Assembly (NCBI GenBank): GCA_017522765.1
Contig: JAFWYG010000001.1
Span: forward strand, 27,291-91,290
From: Clostridia bacterium
GTDB taxonomy: Bacteria; Bacillota; Clostridia; TANB77; UBA1234
Direction of reading: 5' to 3'
Length of the DNA stretch: 64,000 bases
A program made the position numbers and the translations under genes. Numbering within the stretch: position 1 is the first letter of the stretch; each line of letters starts with the position of its first letter. The notes beneath the pieces were generated by a model. That model made no database searches, was not told the DNA's origin, and saw only the letters and a program-made list of their open reading frames with translations. This document shows positions 8,750 through 20,100 of this stretch, piece after piece.

Positions 8750-9943
8750 TCAAATCATATTTGCAATAACTTCCAATGCTTTTTCTAATTGTTCATCCGC
8801 TTCTGTTTCAGTGTTATCAAGCACTTCATAGTTTGGTATAACACCAATTTCATTTATCTTATTACCTTTTGGTGAAAAATATTCAGCTATTGTTAATTTA
8901 ATATATGTTCCATCTCCAAGGCTCTTAAATTTTTGTACTAAACCTTTTCCATAAGTTGTTGTTCCAACTGTGCATCCGTTTTCTGAATCTTGAATTGCTG
9001 CCGCCATAATTTCTGATGCACTCGCAGAGTTTTCGTTTGTAATAACTACAATTGGAAGATTTAATGATTTTGAATCAGAATACATATATTCTTTCTCACC
9101 TTTTTTATCTACTGTGTATGTTATTACACCCGTTGGTAGCAGACTATCTATTATTTCACCGGCAGTTGTTAATAGTCCGCCAGGATTATTTCTTACATCA
9201 ATAATTAATCCTTTAATCTCATTTGTTTTTGACATTTCTTTAAGTGCTTTTTCAAAATTATCTACCGCTTTTTCATCAAACGATTCAAATTTTATATATG
9301 CAATGTTGTCATTCATTACTTCGTATTCAAATGGATATAATTCTACTTTTCTTCTTGTTAATGTTTTTTCAAACTCTGTATATTCTGTTTCTGATGAATA
9401 TCTTCTAAACTTTACTGTTACTGTTGAATTAGCTTTACCTTTTACTGATGATGCAACTTCCTCAAGCGATGCTGCTGTAACATCTTTACCATCAATTTCT
9501 AAGATGTAATCACCAGGTAAAATTCCAGCCTCTTCAGCAGGCGAATTTTTAATTGGTAATAATACTATAGGAAGATTTTTTACTGTATCAACAGCTAAAT
9601 ACATTCCAACGCCCTCGTATTCACCTTCTGTTTCTGTTAAAAATTCTTCAGTTTCATCTAGATTAAAATATGATGTGTATGGTTCTTCAAGCCCATCTAG
9701 CATGCCTCTTATAGCAGCTTCTTCTAATTCAGTTTCATCATATTCAAATAAAAATTCATCTTCTAAAACTTTTAAAACTTTCTCTAACTTTTGAAACTTT
9801 GCTTCACTCGCAACATATTGATCATTACCAAGTGTCATTTTTGTATGTTGAAAAGATGTAACTACAAATACTGTTGCTGCAGTGATTATCATCCATAAAA
9901 TTGTTTCACCAGCAGAACCTCTTTTTTGTCCATTACTATTCAT
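8750..9943 (-). CDS. Carboxyl-terminal processing protease (S41 peptidase with PDZ domain)
   Basis: PDZ segment ([16 protein letters not shown]) and S41 catalytic region ([14 protein letters not shown] ... SASASEI). Confidence 0.8.
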   Translation of the reverse strand: MNSNGQKRGSAGETILWMIITAATVFVVTSFQHTKMTLGNDQYVASEAKFQKLEKVLKVLEDEFLFEYDETELEEAAIRGMLDGLEEPYTSYFNLDETEEFLTETEGEYEGVGMYLAVDTVKNLPIVLLPIKNSPAEEAGILPGDYILEIDGKDVTAASLEEVASSVKGKANSTVTVKFRRYSSETEYTEFEKTLTRRKVELYPFEYEVMNDNIAYIKFESFDEKAVDNFEKALKEMSKTNEIKGLIIDVRNNPGGLLTTAGEIIDSLLPTGVITYTVDKKGEKEYMYSDSKSLNLPIVVITNENSASASEIMAAAIQDSENGCTVGTTTYGKGLVQKFKSLGDGTYIKLTIAEYFSPKGNKINEIGVIPNYEVLDNTETEADEQLEKALEVIANMI

Positions 9944-9946
9944 TGA

Positions 9947-11149
9947 TTAACCCCTCTCTTTTTTACCCATTAATAAACTTGTTACAAACGATGTAAATGG
10001 AATTGTTGTTACAAGTCCAAAACTTCCTGCAATTGATCTTAAGATTTCTTCGATCATCATTTCTCTATTTATAATATGTATAAAACTTTCTTGAGTAACT
10101 ATAAACAACATTATTAAAACAATCGAACTTCCTGTATATGCAAGTATCAATGTATTTGTCATTGTACCAATCATATCTCTACCAATGTTCATTCCTGCTT
10201 TCATCATTTTGCTTCTTGTGATGTGTGGATTTTCTTCTTTAAGTTCATGTAGTGCTGATGCAAGTGACATCGCAACATCCATGCAAGCACCAAGAGCACC
10301 AATTATAATTCCGGCATATAGTATTCCTTTGAAATCAAACATATATGCAGACGATACACTAACTAATGTACCAGCTTCTTCGCTTACACCAGAAAGATCC
10401 ATCAAGTATCCAAAAATCATAGCAAAAATTGCAGAGATTATTATTCCACCAGATGTTCCAATAATAGCTGCAACAGCCTTTTTATTAAGTCCTGCAATTA
10501 TCAGCAATGCAACACAAGCAATTGCAATTGTTACCAAAACAGTTATTAATAACGGATTCATGCCATTTATTATCTGTGGAATTATTATATAAAATACAGC
10601 AAGCACGGTAAGTATTAAACTTATTAATGCTTTAACACCTTTTTTACCGCCAACTAATATAATCGCCACCGAGTATATAATTACTATCGCCCATATATAA
10701 CTCGAATTGTTTCTTTCGCTTATAGCAGCTTCTGTTATATTGTCATTTTCAAAAGTTGTATAAACTAAAACTTTGTCACCTTCTTTTAAAGGTCTACTTA
10801 TTGCACTCATTCCGCTATAATATGAAAGCGAATGTTTAATAACTTTCGTAGTGGCATATCCTTTATCCTTTATATATACCTTAACATCTTGGTAAGAATA
10901 TGTAGTATAACCACCATCTTCTTCATAAACTTCGCCAGCTTCCACAACGGTTCCTTTTAATATGTCAAAAGATAGATTTTCTTGTACGTAGAGATATTCG
11001 CTTTCCATACCATCTAACGCAACTTCATATCCTTCATCATAAAGAATTTCTCCCGAATCTATACCATCAGTTTTCGGAGTTTCAGTAGCATATATTGCGC
11101 CCGAAAAACAAAAAACCGTAACTAGTAAAATCATCAAATATTTTTTCAT
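9947..11149 (-). CDS. YibE/F-family polytopic membrane protein with an N-terminal secreted domain
   Basis: Signal peptide followed by about 8 TM helices. GxxxG-rich segments typical of YibE/F. Confidence 0.55.
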   Translation of the reverse strand: MKKYLMILLVTVFCFSGAIYATETPKTDGIDSGEILYDEGYEVALDGMESEYLYVQENLSFDILKGTVVEAGEVYEEDGGYTTYSYQDVKVYIKDKGYATTKVIKHSLSYYSGMSAISRPLKEGDKVLVYTTFENDNITEAAISERNNSSYIWAIVIIYSVAIILVGGKKGVKALISLILTVLAVFYIIIPQIINGMNPLLITVLVTIAIACVALLIIAGLNKKAVAAIIGTSGGIIISAIFAMIFGYLMDLSGVSEEAGTLVSVSSAYMFDFKGILYAGIIIGALGACMDVAMSLASALHELKEENPHITRSKMMKAGMNIGRDMIGTMTNTLILAYTGSSIVLIMLFIVTQESFIHIINREMMIEEILRSIAGSFGLVTTIPFTSFVTSLLMGKKERG

Positions 11150-11252
11150 ACGTTATTCTCCCTATGAATTAAACTTTTACTCTTAAATTTTACTACTACG
11201 GTTTATTAAAATCAATTTAATTAAGGTGATTATTCTGTAAAATTTACGGAAA

Positions 11253-12110
11253 TCAGCTTTTGAAGAACTTGCCTCCCGACTTTTTTATATAGCCAGAAAC
11301 TTCTAATAAAGTAAGCTTTGTGAATATATCTTTCGCAGACTCATCAGATTTATTACAAATTTCTTGAAAACTCACGCCTTTTTTAGTAACTATTTTGTAG
11401 ATTTCATTAAGGTTTTCTGGCACTTTCTTTGTGATATTTTGCTTCACTAAAACTTTGCTTTTTATTTCTAAATTCGAAAGTATATCTTTTGCATTACGCA
11501 CGCACAGCGCACCATCTACTAATAGTTTGTTGCTTCCATCATAATTTCCATCATTTACTCCGCCTGGAATTACAAAAAGCTTCTTATCTTGTTTCTTGGC
11601 ATATTCGGCAGTTATTAAAGACCCGCTTTTTTGCTTTGCTTCTATTATTAATACTCCTCCTGATAATGCAGATATAAGTCGGTTTCTTCTATTCAAATTT
11701 ATTGGAAGCGGGTCGGTTCCCGGTAATTGTTCACTTATTATCGCACCACCGTTTTCTATTATTTGCAATGCTAGCTTTTTATTTTCTCTTGGATATGTTT
11801 TATCTAAGCCATTTCCTAAAACTGCGATTGTTTTGTTATTTACACTTAACGCGCCAATATGCGCCGCACTATCTATCCCTATTGCTAATCCACTTACAAC
11901 TGTAATGTCATTTTCGACCAACTCTTTTGCAACCTCTCTCGCCATTTCTTTGGATTCATGCGAAGCTTTTCGAGCACCAACTATTGCGATTGAAAAATCG
12001 TTTAATATTTTTTCATTACCAAGCACAAAAATAAATTCCGGACAATCCTTTAATTTTAAAAAGTTCTTAGGAAAGTATTCATTATCTTTATGTATTATTT
12101 TTAAATTCAT
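11253..12110 (-). CDS. dprA: DNA-processing protein DprA (Smf)
   Basis: Rossmann-fold motifs AIVGARKAS ... VVSGLAIGIDSAAH ... TIAVLGNGLD. Confidence 0.85.
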   Translation of the reverse strand: MNLKIIHKDNEYFPKNFLKLKDCPEFIFVLGNEKILNDFSIAIVGARKASHESKEMAREVAKELVENDITVVSGLAIGIDSAAHIGALSVNNKTIAVLGNGLDKTYPRENKKLALQIIENGGAIISEQLPGTDPLPINLNRRNRLISALSGGVLIIEAKQKSGSLITAEYAKKQDKKLFVIPGGVNDGNYDGSNKLLVDGALCVRNAKDILSNLEIKSKVLVKQNITKKVPENLNEIYKIVTKKGVSFQEICNKSDESAKDIFTKLTLLEVSGYIKKSGGKFFKS

Positions 12111-12502
12111 GTACTTCTCCCAAATGTATATCGCGGATTTTCTATAATTGCATTTTTTATTTTTTCAATTCTAATCGCCTGTCCTTGGTACTTATATACT
12201 TCAATTACATCAAATGAAATTTCGTAATTATAGGCATTTGTTTTATAGATATAATATTCCGCCACTTTATAAATATGTCTTTGTTTTGGTATATTTACAG
12301 ACTCTATAGGCATACCGAAGAACGTCTGCGTCCTAGTCTTTACTTCAACAAAAGCTAGTTCCCTTCCTTTCTTTGCAATGATGTCTATCTCACCAAAACC
12401 ACAATTATAATTTGTCTCAATTATTTCATATCCTTCTGCTTCTAAATATTTCGCTGCTAATTCTTCTCCCTCTTTTCCTAATATTTTATTATTCATTTGC
12501 AT
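12107..12502 (-). CDS. yraN: YraN-family (UPF0102) endonuclease
   Basis: GKEGEELAAKYLEAEGYEIIETNY...GEIDIIA...FVEVKTR motif. Confidence 0.75.
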   Translation of the reverse strand: MQMNNKILGKEGEELAAKYLEAEGYEIIETNYNCGFGEIDIIAKKGRELAFVEVKTRTQTFFGMPIESVNIPKQRHIYKVAEYYIYKTNAYNYEISFDVIEVYKYQGQAIRIEKIKNAIIENPRYTFGRST

Positions 12503-14043
12503 TACTCCTATCTAAAGTTCTATATTGAATCGCCTCCGCCACATGTTGCAATTCAATATTTTCTTTTTCTTCTAAATCTGCGATAGTTCGCGCAATTTTC
12601 AAAATTCTTGAATACGTGCGTGCGCTATATCCATACACATTAAAGGCATTTTCCAAGAATATTTTTGTCTCATCATTTAACTTACAATACTTTTCTATTT
12701 GTACTGATGAAAGCTCAGAATTTGAAATTATCCCTTCAGATTCATATCGTTCTAATTGTATTTTTCGTGCACGATTTACACGTTCTCTAATTTGCTCAGA
12801 TGATTCCAAATGTTCATCAGATTGTAATTTTTTATAATCTACTCTTTCAACTTCTACATGTAAATCAATCCTATCTAATATAGGACCGCTAATTTTATTT
12901 TTGTAATTTGATATTTGTGTGGGCGTACACACGCAAGCTTTTTTCTTGTCATTTAAATGCCCACAAGGACACGGATTCATACTAGCCATAAATATAAAAT
13001 TGCACGGATATGTTACTGTAGAGTTTGTCCTTGAAATTGTAATTTGTGCATCTTCCAAAGGTCCTCTTAAAGACTCCAGCGCACTGCGAGAAAATTCAGG
13101 CAATTCATCTAAAAACAAAACCCCATAATGCGCTAAACTTATTTCTCCCGGTTTAGGATTTTGTCCTCCGCCAAGTAATGATATTATTGAAGCCTTGTGA
13201 TGCGGAGATCTAAACGGTCGTTTAGTAACAAGTGAAACATCATCTGGGAGTATACCCGCAACACTCTGAAGCTTTGTTATTTCTAAGGCCTCATTAAATG
13301 TTAGTTCTGGCAAAATCGTAAGTAATCTTTCTGAAAGCATGGTTTTTCCAGAACCGTGGGCTGCCTATTAAAAGACAATTATGAGAACCCGCCGCAACAA
13401 TTTCTAATGCTCGTTTTACATTTTCTTGACCCCTAACATCCGAAAAATCAATCTTCGTATCTACGACTGTTTTTAAGTTGATTGACTCACTAACAAAAGG
13501 TTCGATTTTTGTTTTGTTATTTAACAAATCCACAACTTCTTTCAAATTTTTAACCGGTATAACATTTATATCTTTTACCACTCCAGCTTCAAATCTATTT
13601 TCATATGGAACTAATATTTTGGTTTTTCCAAAAGCTTTTGCAGCCATGCACATTACAAGGATACCTTTTACTTTATTAATGCTTCCATCCAAAGAAAGTT
13701 CTCCTATGAAAATATATTCTTCAAGCGATTGATCTTGTATGACGTTTGCGTTTTTTAATATCCCTATAGCTATTGCCAAATCAAAAATCGCTCCTTCTTT
13801 TTTGGTGTGAGCGGGCGCAAGATTTACCACAATCTTTTTATTAGGTAAAGTTAAATCAGAATTTTTTATAGCTGTACGCACTCGTTCTTTCGACTCTCTT
13901 ACAACAGCATCTGGCAAGCCCACAATATCCCACGAAGGTAGCCCATTACCTACATCAACCTCTACATTAACTAAGCTTCCCTCAATACCCGAAAGAGCAA
14001 TACTGTACGTTGTCGATAACATATTTCCTCCTATAAAGCTCAA
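12489..14043 (-). pseudogene. comM: comM/yifB (Mg-chelatase-like AAA+ ATPase) disrupted by a frameshift in the Walker A region near 13340-13360
   Basis: ORF 13294-14043 encodes the Lon-like N-domain and then reads GQENVKRALEIVAAGSHNCLLIGS before going out of frame. ORF 12489-13340 continues in the +1 frame with GSGKTMLSERLL ... and the rest of ComM. Confidence 0.7.
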
Positions 14044-14169
14044 AAAATAAACCTATGCCGTCGCTCATAGATTGAAAATCTACTATTAAAATGTATAATT
14101 GGAAATTTAAAAAGAAAATAAACTCTTAGAATTAAATCTTACACCGTGAAAATATCACACCTACTTTTA

Positions 14170-14240
14170 CTTGTCAAGTTTTCGCAACCAGGGGACACCC
14201 CTTGTAATCAAATTTTCGAAAGTTGGGGACACTCCTATTC
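14170..14240. repeat. Two tandem copies of the dispersed palindromic repeat unit (TTCGCAACCAGGGGACACCCCTTGT ... TTCGAAAGTTGGGGACACTCCT), upstream of the 14375 gene
   Basis: Sequence identity. It is the inverted partner of the copy at 15331-15390. Confidence 0.6.
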
Positions 14241-14293
14241 ACAAAGTGTTCACATTTCTTATCGCTGTACAGTGGATTTTTCGCCTAGAAATA

Positions 14294-14322
14294 TTGTTAC
14301 CACTTCAAAAAAATGGTATAAT
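14294..14322 (+). promoter_or_regulatory. Near-consensus promoter TTGTTA-17-TGgTATAAT
   Basis: -35 at 14294-14299, extended -10 at 14314-14322, about 50 bp upstream of the ATG at 14375. Confidence 0.6.
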
Positions 14323-14374
14323 ATTGTTAATTATGAGGATGTTTGTACTATTTTATATAGAGGAGATGGTTTTA

Positions 14375-15258
14375 TGAAAAATAATAGAGGTATTTCATTG
14401 ATAACACTTGTTATCACAATCGTTGTTTTAATCATCATTGCAGGTGTTACAATTTATTATGGTGGTATGCAAAACATTGACCAAGCAAATAATGTGGGTG
14501 CATATACAGAAGCTTTGAATGTAAGCGATGCAGTTGTTTCAAGAGCGTTCTTTAATAGAACTAATTCTGCTAAGTATCCTTACATTGGAACTCCTTTAAC
14601 CGATGCTGAACCAGTTGAAGTTAATGGTATAGAATACGGCGATGGCTGGTATCAATTATCACCAGAACAAGCTGCCGAACTTGATTTAGAAAATATAATC
14701 AGAACATATATTATTAATTATTTAACAGGCGAAGTTGTTTCTATCGCGCCAATTATAGTTGATGATGAAGAATATTATGCGTTGAATGATTTAAAACAAG
14801 TTGTTGGCGAAGTTTCTGGTGAAGTTTCACAAGACCAATTTGATGTCGTTAAAGGTGTTAACAAACCTGCTTTAATAAAAGGTATGGTTCCTGTTAGAAA
14901 TATTAATGGAAGATGGATTGTTGTTAACTCAGAAGATACCAACTGGTATGATTATTCTTCTGAAAAAGAAATGTGGGCAAATGTAATGCTTACTGATGAA
15001 CTTGCAGTAAACGGTTACACAAACGAAGAACTTCGTAAAACAGATCTTGTTAATTTAGAAGGAAGAGAAGTTACAACTATAGGCAGTATGTTTGTTTGGA
15101 TTCCAAGATATTCAAAGGATCCTGCCGGAAATATTGTATTCAGTGAATTATATCATGACTACACAGAAAACGGATACACTGTAAGCTCTGCATTTAAGGA
15201 AAACGGAAATGTTACAGGTATTTGGGTAAGCAAATATGATGCAGAAATAGCATACTAA
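14375..15258 (+). CDS. N-terminally anchored secreted protein, 294 aa. Its signal-anchor motif is shared with the giant paralogs.
   Basis: MKNNRGISLITLVITIVVLIIIAGVTIYYGGMQNIDQANN parallels KKGISMVSLTVTVIVLIILA...SVDNAN of gene 3. The track ORF 14146-15258 is 5'-extended. Confidence 0.6.
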
Positions 15259-15330
15259 TTTAATAATAAAACCCTCGATGAAAATCGAGGGTTATTTTTG
15301 TGTTTTTATAATTACAAGATTTGTTTTGTG

Positions 15331-15390
15331 ACAAGGGGTGTCCCCTTGTTGCGAAAATTTGATTTCAAGGAGTGTCCCCTAGTTGCGAAG
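15331..15390. repeat. Two tandem copies of the dispersed palindromic repeat unit (CAAGGGGTGTCCCCTTGTTGCGAA / CAAGGAGTGTCCCCTAGTTGCGAA)
   Basis: Direct repeat with 36-bp period. Reverse-complement match to 14170-14240. Confidence 0.6.
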
Positions 15391-16299
15391 AAGTTCTTCG
15401 ACGATTGAGGTGCGGTCGATTTTGTAGTGTGCAAGTAGTTCTTGCCATTTGCCTGATTGACCGAATTCGTCTTTAATACCCATGCGTGTTACTTTAACTG
15501 GGTATTCTTCGCAAAGCACTTCACAAACGGCTGATCCTAATCCGCCGATTATGCTGTGATCTTCAACAGTTATAATTCGTTTTGTTTCGCGTGCTGCTTT
15601 TAAAATAATTTCTTTATCAATTGGTTTGATTGTATGAATATCAATTACTCTTACATCCATTCCTTTTGCGATTAAATCTCTTTGTGCAGCTAGCGCTTCT
15701 CCAACAGTTACTCCTGTTGCAATTATTGTCGCATCTGTTCCATTTCCGTGTTGTACACCTTTGCCAAGTTCAAATTCTGTACCTATTTTATATACATCAT
15801 CTGTCTTTGCTCTAGTTAGTCTTACATAAACTGGACCATTTAACTTGATTGCTTCTTCTATCATCCATCTTGTTTGATAATCATCACATGGATATAAAAC
15901 AGTCATGTTTGGAAGTGCTCTCATCATACCTATATCTTCTAAGGCTTGATGTGTTGCACCGTCCTCTCCTACTGTTATACCAGCATGTGTTGCACCTATT
16001 TTTACATTAATTTTCCCATAGCAAATTGTATTACGTATTTGATCATACGCTCTTCCTGATGCAAATACTGCAAATGTACTTGCAAATGGTATCTTGCCAC
16101 CTAACGCAAGTCCTGCAGCAGTTCCCATCATATCTTGTTCTGCAATTCCTATGTTAAAAAATCTTTCCGGATATTTTTTAGCAAAGCCATTTGTTTTAGT
16201 TGCTCCTGATAGGTCGGCATCTAGCACAACTAAGTTCGAATATTTCTCTCCTAATTCTACCAATGCTTCTCCATAACTTTCTCTAGTTGCTTTTCCCAT
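15379..16299 (-). CDS. tkt: Transketolase, C-terminal subunit
   Basis: Pyrimidine-binding and C-terminal transketolase domains. The stop/start overlaps the N-terminal subunit gene at 16299. Confidence 0.85.
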   Translation of the reverse strand: MGKATRESYGEALVELGEKYSNLVVLDADLSGATKTNGFAKKYPERFFNIGIAEQDMMGTAAGLALGGKIPFASTFAVFASGRAYDQIRNTICYGKINVKIGATHAGITVGEDGATHQALEDIGMMRALPNMTVLYPCDDYQTRWMIEEAIKLNGPVYVRLTRAKTDDVYKIGTEFELGKGVQHGNGTDATIIATGVTVGEALAAQRDLIAKGMDVRVIDIHTIKPIDKEIILKAARETKRIITVEDHSIIGGLGSAVCEVLCEEYPVKVTRMGIKDEFGQSGKWQELLAHYKIDRTSIVEELLRN

Positions 16300-17072
16300 T
16301 AAAACTCGCCTCCTAACTCATTAATTGCTTTTTCATACTCTTCGTCATTTGGAGCTTTTCCATGCCAACCAACTTGGTTTTCCATGTATGAAACTCCTTT
16401 TCCTTTTACAGTATTAGCAATTATCATAGAAGGTTTGTCTTGTGCTTTTGCATTTGCAATAGCTGCTGTAATTTCATCAAAGTTATGTCCAGATATTTCT
16501 TGAACATACCATCCAAAAGCTTCAAATTTTTCTTTAAAAGGCATAATGTTCATTACTTGTTCATTGCTGCCATCAATTTGCAAACCGTTGTGGTCAAGGA
16601 AAGCTATCACATTATTTAATTTGTAATGTGATGCTGTCATTGCAGCTTCCCATATTTGACCTTCTTGAACTTCACCATCTCCTAAAATACAATATGCATA
16701 ATTATTTTTGCCATCCATTTTAAAAGATAGTGCAAGACCATTTGCAACTGATAAGCCTTGTCCAAGTGATCCACTTGGAGCATCTACTCCTGGCGCTTTG
16801 CCAAGTGCAGGATGCCCTTGTAGTCTAGAACCTAACTTTCTAAAAGTTTCTAATTCTTCTTTTGGGAAGAAACCTTTTTCTGCAAGTACGGCGTATAAAG
16901 CCGCACTTGCATGTCCTTTAGATAATATAACTTTGTCTCCTTCTGTTATATCTTTAAAGTAAATATCAATTAATATATCTGCACAAGATAACGCTCCACC
17001 AGGATGTCCTGAACTTGCAGCATGCACTTGCTTTAATATATTCTTTCTTACGTTTTTAGCAATAGTCTCCAT
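16299..17072 (-). CDS. tkt: Transketolase, N-terminal (TPP-binding) subunit
   Basis: GHPGGALSCADIL and GDGE...G TPP-binding motifs. Confidence 0.85.
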   Translation of the reverse strand: METIAKNVRKNILKQVHAASSGHPGGALSCADILIDIYFKDITEGDKVILSKGHASAALYAVLAEKGFFPKEELETFRKLGSRLQGHPALGKAPGVDAPSGSLGQGLSVANGLALSFKMDGKNNYAYCILGDGEVQEGQIWEAAMTASHYKLNNVIAFLDHNGLQIDGSNEQVMNIMPFKEKFEAFGWYVQEISGHNFDEITAAIANAKAQDKPSMIIANTVKGKGVSYMENQVGWHGKAPNDEEYEKAINELGGEF

Positions 17073-17125
17073 TGCTACCTCCTATTTAACTTTCAAATAT
17101 TTTTGCATTTTAACTTTTGCTAATA

Positions 17126-20100
17126 TTATTCCTCAATTGGGAATATTGTAATTGATACAGTTGTAGAACTTATTGTACCGTAATAATCTGATGTGCTTCC
17201 ATCGCCATCTAAATCATATGGGTCTGTCTTAGTATATCCAGCTTGAGCACCACTTACATAACAATGTAAATCGCCATTCTTAAATGCAACTGCATCTCTA
17301 AGCATCAACGTAGTTCTATCCATTGTTGATTCTGTAGAAATCGTTAATCTAAACCATCTTGTAGAATCGACTCCTACACTACTTGTAATACCACCATAAT
17401 GCAAATCTCCTTCTGGCTCAATTTTATATACACTGTAAATAATACCATCTTTATCAAATACTTTACTTACAGTAATTACACTATTAGCAATTGAACTTCC
17501 GCCTTTTGTAGTTGAAATTACAGCATTTTTTACTTGTGCGCCTTCTGGTAATACCATATACATTACTGGTTTTGTAATATGTTGTGTATTTTGATATGGG
17601 TACTCTGAAGCTGCTGGTGCAAAATCAATATTAAATTCATTACCAGCCTCAAACGTTGTTCCATTTGGAGTTGCATAATCTACAATTCTACCAGCAAGCA
17701 TTGGAGTATTTGTTGGATATGAATATATTGTTCTGCTAGCACCTGCAACATTTGCACCTTCTGGATAAGTAAACTTAATTGTATGTGTTGCCGTTTGATT
17801 TACCCATCCACCCATTGTACCAGATGCACCTACTGAAGAATTTGCTTGGTACGCATAGAATCTTGTTGTTGTTAATGCTCCCGGAATTTCCGCAATATTA
17901 TATGAAATTGCTTTCAAATAATATGTACCAGATAATCCATTTGCTGCCACAACATCTTTTGCCATTACACGTGCACCATTTCTATTTGAAGATGAATTTA
18001 TACTGTATCCATATGGACCAAATTGTTTACCTGCTTCGTTAACAAGTGTAACTTGAGCCATTGTTCCTGTATATTCTACTAATGGTACTTGCATGTATGC
18101 AACTTTTGCATTTGGTGCAACGTTATTTCCCGCTGTTATATCAAAGTTAATATCTACGTCGATATCTGAAATATCCGCAACACCTTGATATTCAAAAGAC
18201 ATATAACCAATCATATCATAATATGGTTGTCCTTTATGATAGCTTTCACTTGATGCTGTTACTGAAGATGAAGACATCTTAATATTATTATAGTCTATTT
18301 CTTTTTCACCAATTATGAATTGTTGTCTAAGCGTATTTGTTCTAATCTTTCCTACATAGTCTTCTGTAATTACTTCTTGTACATAGAAGATCTTTGTTCC
18401 TTCTATGAATCCAGCATCTTCTTCTAAAGTATAATATCCTTTCGCCATTTCCATTCCACCAGAACTATATACGTCGTTTGCAACAATTGTAGTTACACCA
18501 TTTGCTGTAGTTATCGTGGAATTACCATCGCCTCTGTATCCACCATAAATACCTTTGTATGTAGCATAAATTATTTCTCCGTTTGCATCAGTACTATATA
18601 AGCATAACTTTGTTGTTACTGTTTTATAGAAGGCTGAATATGTTGTCTGATCTCCTGCTAAATAGTAGAAGCTTGTTACCGGATTTTGTTTATATTCATT
18701 TCCTACATATAAGTTAGATGTACCGATAGAGTTTCCTAAATGTAATCCTCCACCATAAGCAGCTGATGCTGATACATTATTAACTTTAATAGTTTTTGAA
18801 TCATTTAGTGTTACTACTACAGCTGGATCTTTAGTTAAGTTTCCGTTATTAGCACATTTATCCCATATAGTTCTGTCATACATTACAAGTAATTGTATCT
18901 TACTATATGCAGCATATTTACCGATTGTAAATGTCACTGTACCTGTTTGTGCATTTGTATAACTTCCTGTTCCTTGTTGTATTCCTGATTTTGTAGAATC
19001 GATATCTAATGTTGTAAATGAAACATTTGTTATACCAGAGAATTCACCAACTTTAGTCCATGAATCTTTTTCAATATACATACCTGTAGGTACGCTAATT
19101 GTTACTTTCTTTTCTTCTCCTGCCATCAAGTTACTAGCTTTAATTTCTAATAGTTTTGCACCATTATTATAATTCCATGCAGGAGCATCAACGCCAGCCT
19201 CAGTTAATTCTACGTATGTTGTAGCAACTGTACCTGTTTCATACAATTTAGCTGTAACCGCACCTGCACCAATTTCAAATGCTGTTAAATAACCTGGTGC
19301 TGTTTCTTCGTCTATTTTTGCATATCTCTTGTTTGTACGAGTTGAATCATACATTGTACCCGCGCCACCAAGAATTGTTGTACAGTTAGTAAACATGTTT
19401 GTACTTTCAGTAATTGAATCTGATACGAAATTTTTATCTACATATATAGTTAAAAGATTTGTATCGTTTTCAAACATTGACTCTGTATATTTCAAGCCAG
19501 AGTAATTAATTGAAGTTAAGTTTACAAGTTGTAAGTTTGGACAATTTGCAAACATACTATTTGCATTTTGAATATTCCATTCACCCACAACAATTGTTGT
19601 AGCTAATGAGCCGTTAAACATGTTGCTAAAATCTGTTAAGCTTGTGAAATCTAATCCTGTTAAATCTATATCTTTAACTCCACAACCATAGAACATGTTA
19701 TCTACACTTATTACGTTAGAAACGTTCCATTTTTCAAAACCTGTAAGTTTTGAAATTCCAGAACAGCCTCCACTAGGTGAACCAAACATGTTGTCCATCG
19801 TTTCTGTACGAATTGTATTAAACAATCTTAAACCATTAATATTTTTAACAGATGTAAATTCTGCAAATAATCCTGTTGCATCTTCGTGCAGCATAATTGC
19901 TCCACTTGAATATGCTGTGTGTTTATTTACTATGTATAAGATATTTTCTACAACATAGCACATTATCTTACCTTTACCAGCCTCGTCAGCAGCCCATGTG
20001 GCTGATTCAAGACCAGTTGTCGTATATTCATTTGTAATATAAATGTTTGTAATTGTTGCTGGGTCAAATCCAGTGCCAGCAGCATCATACCAAGTTTGTC

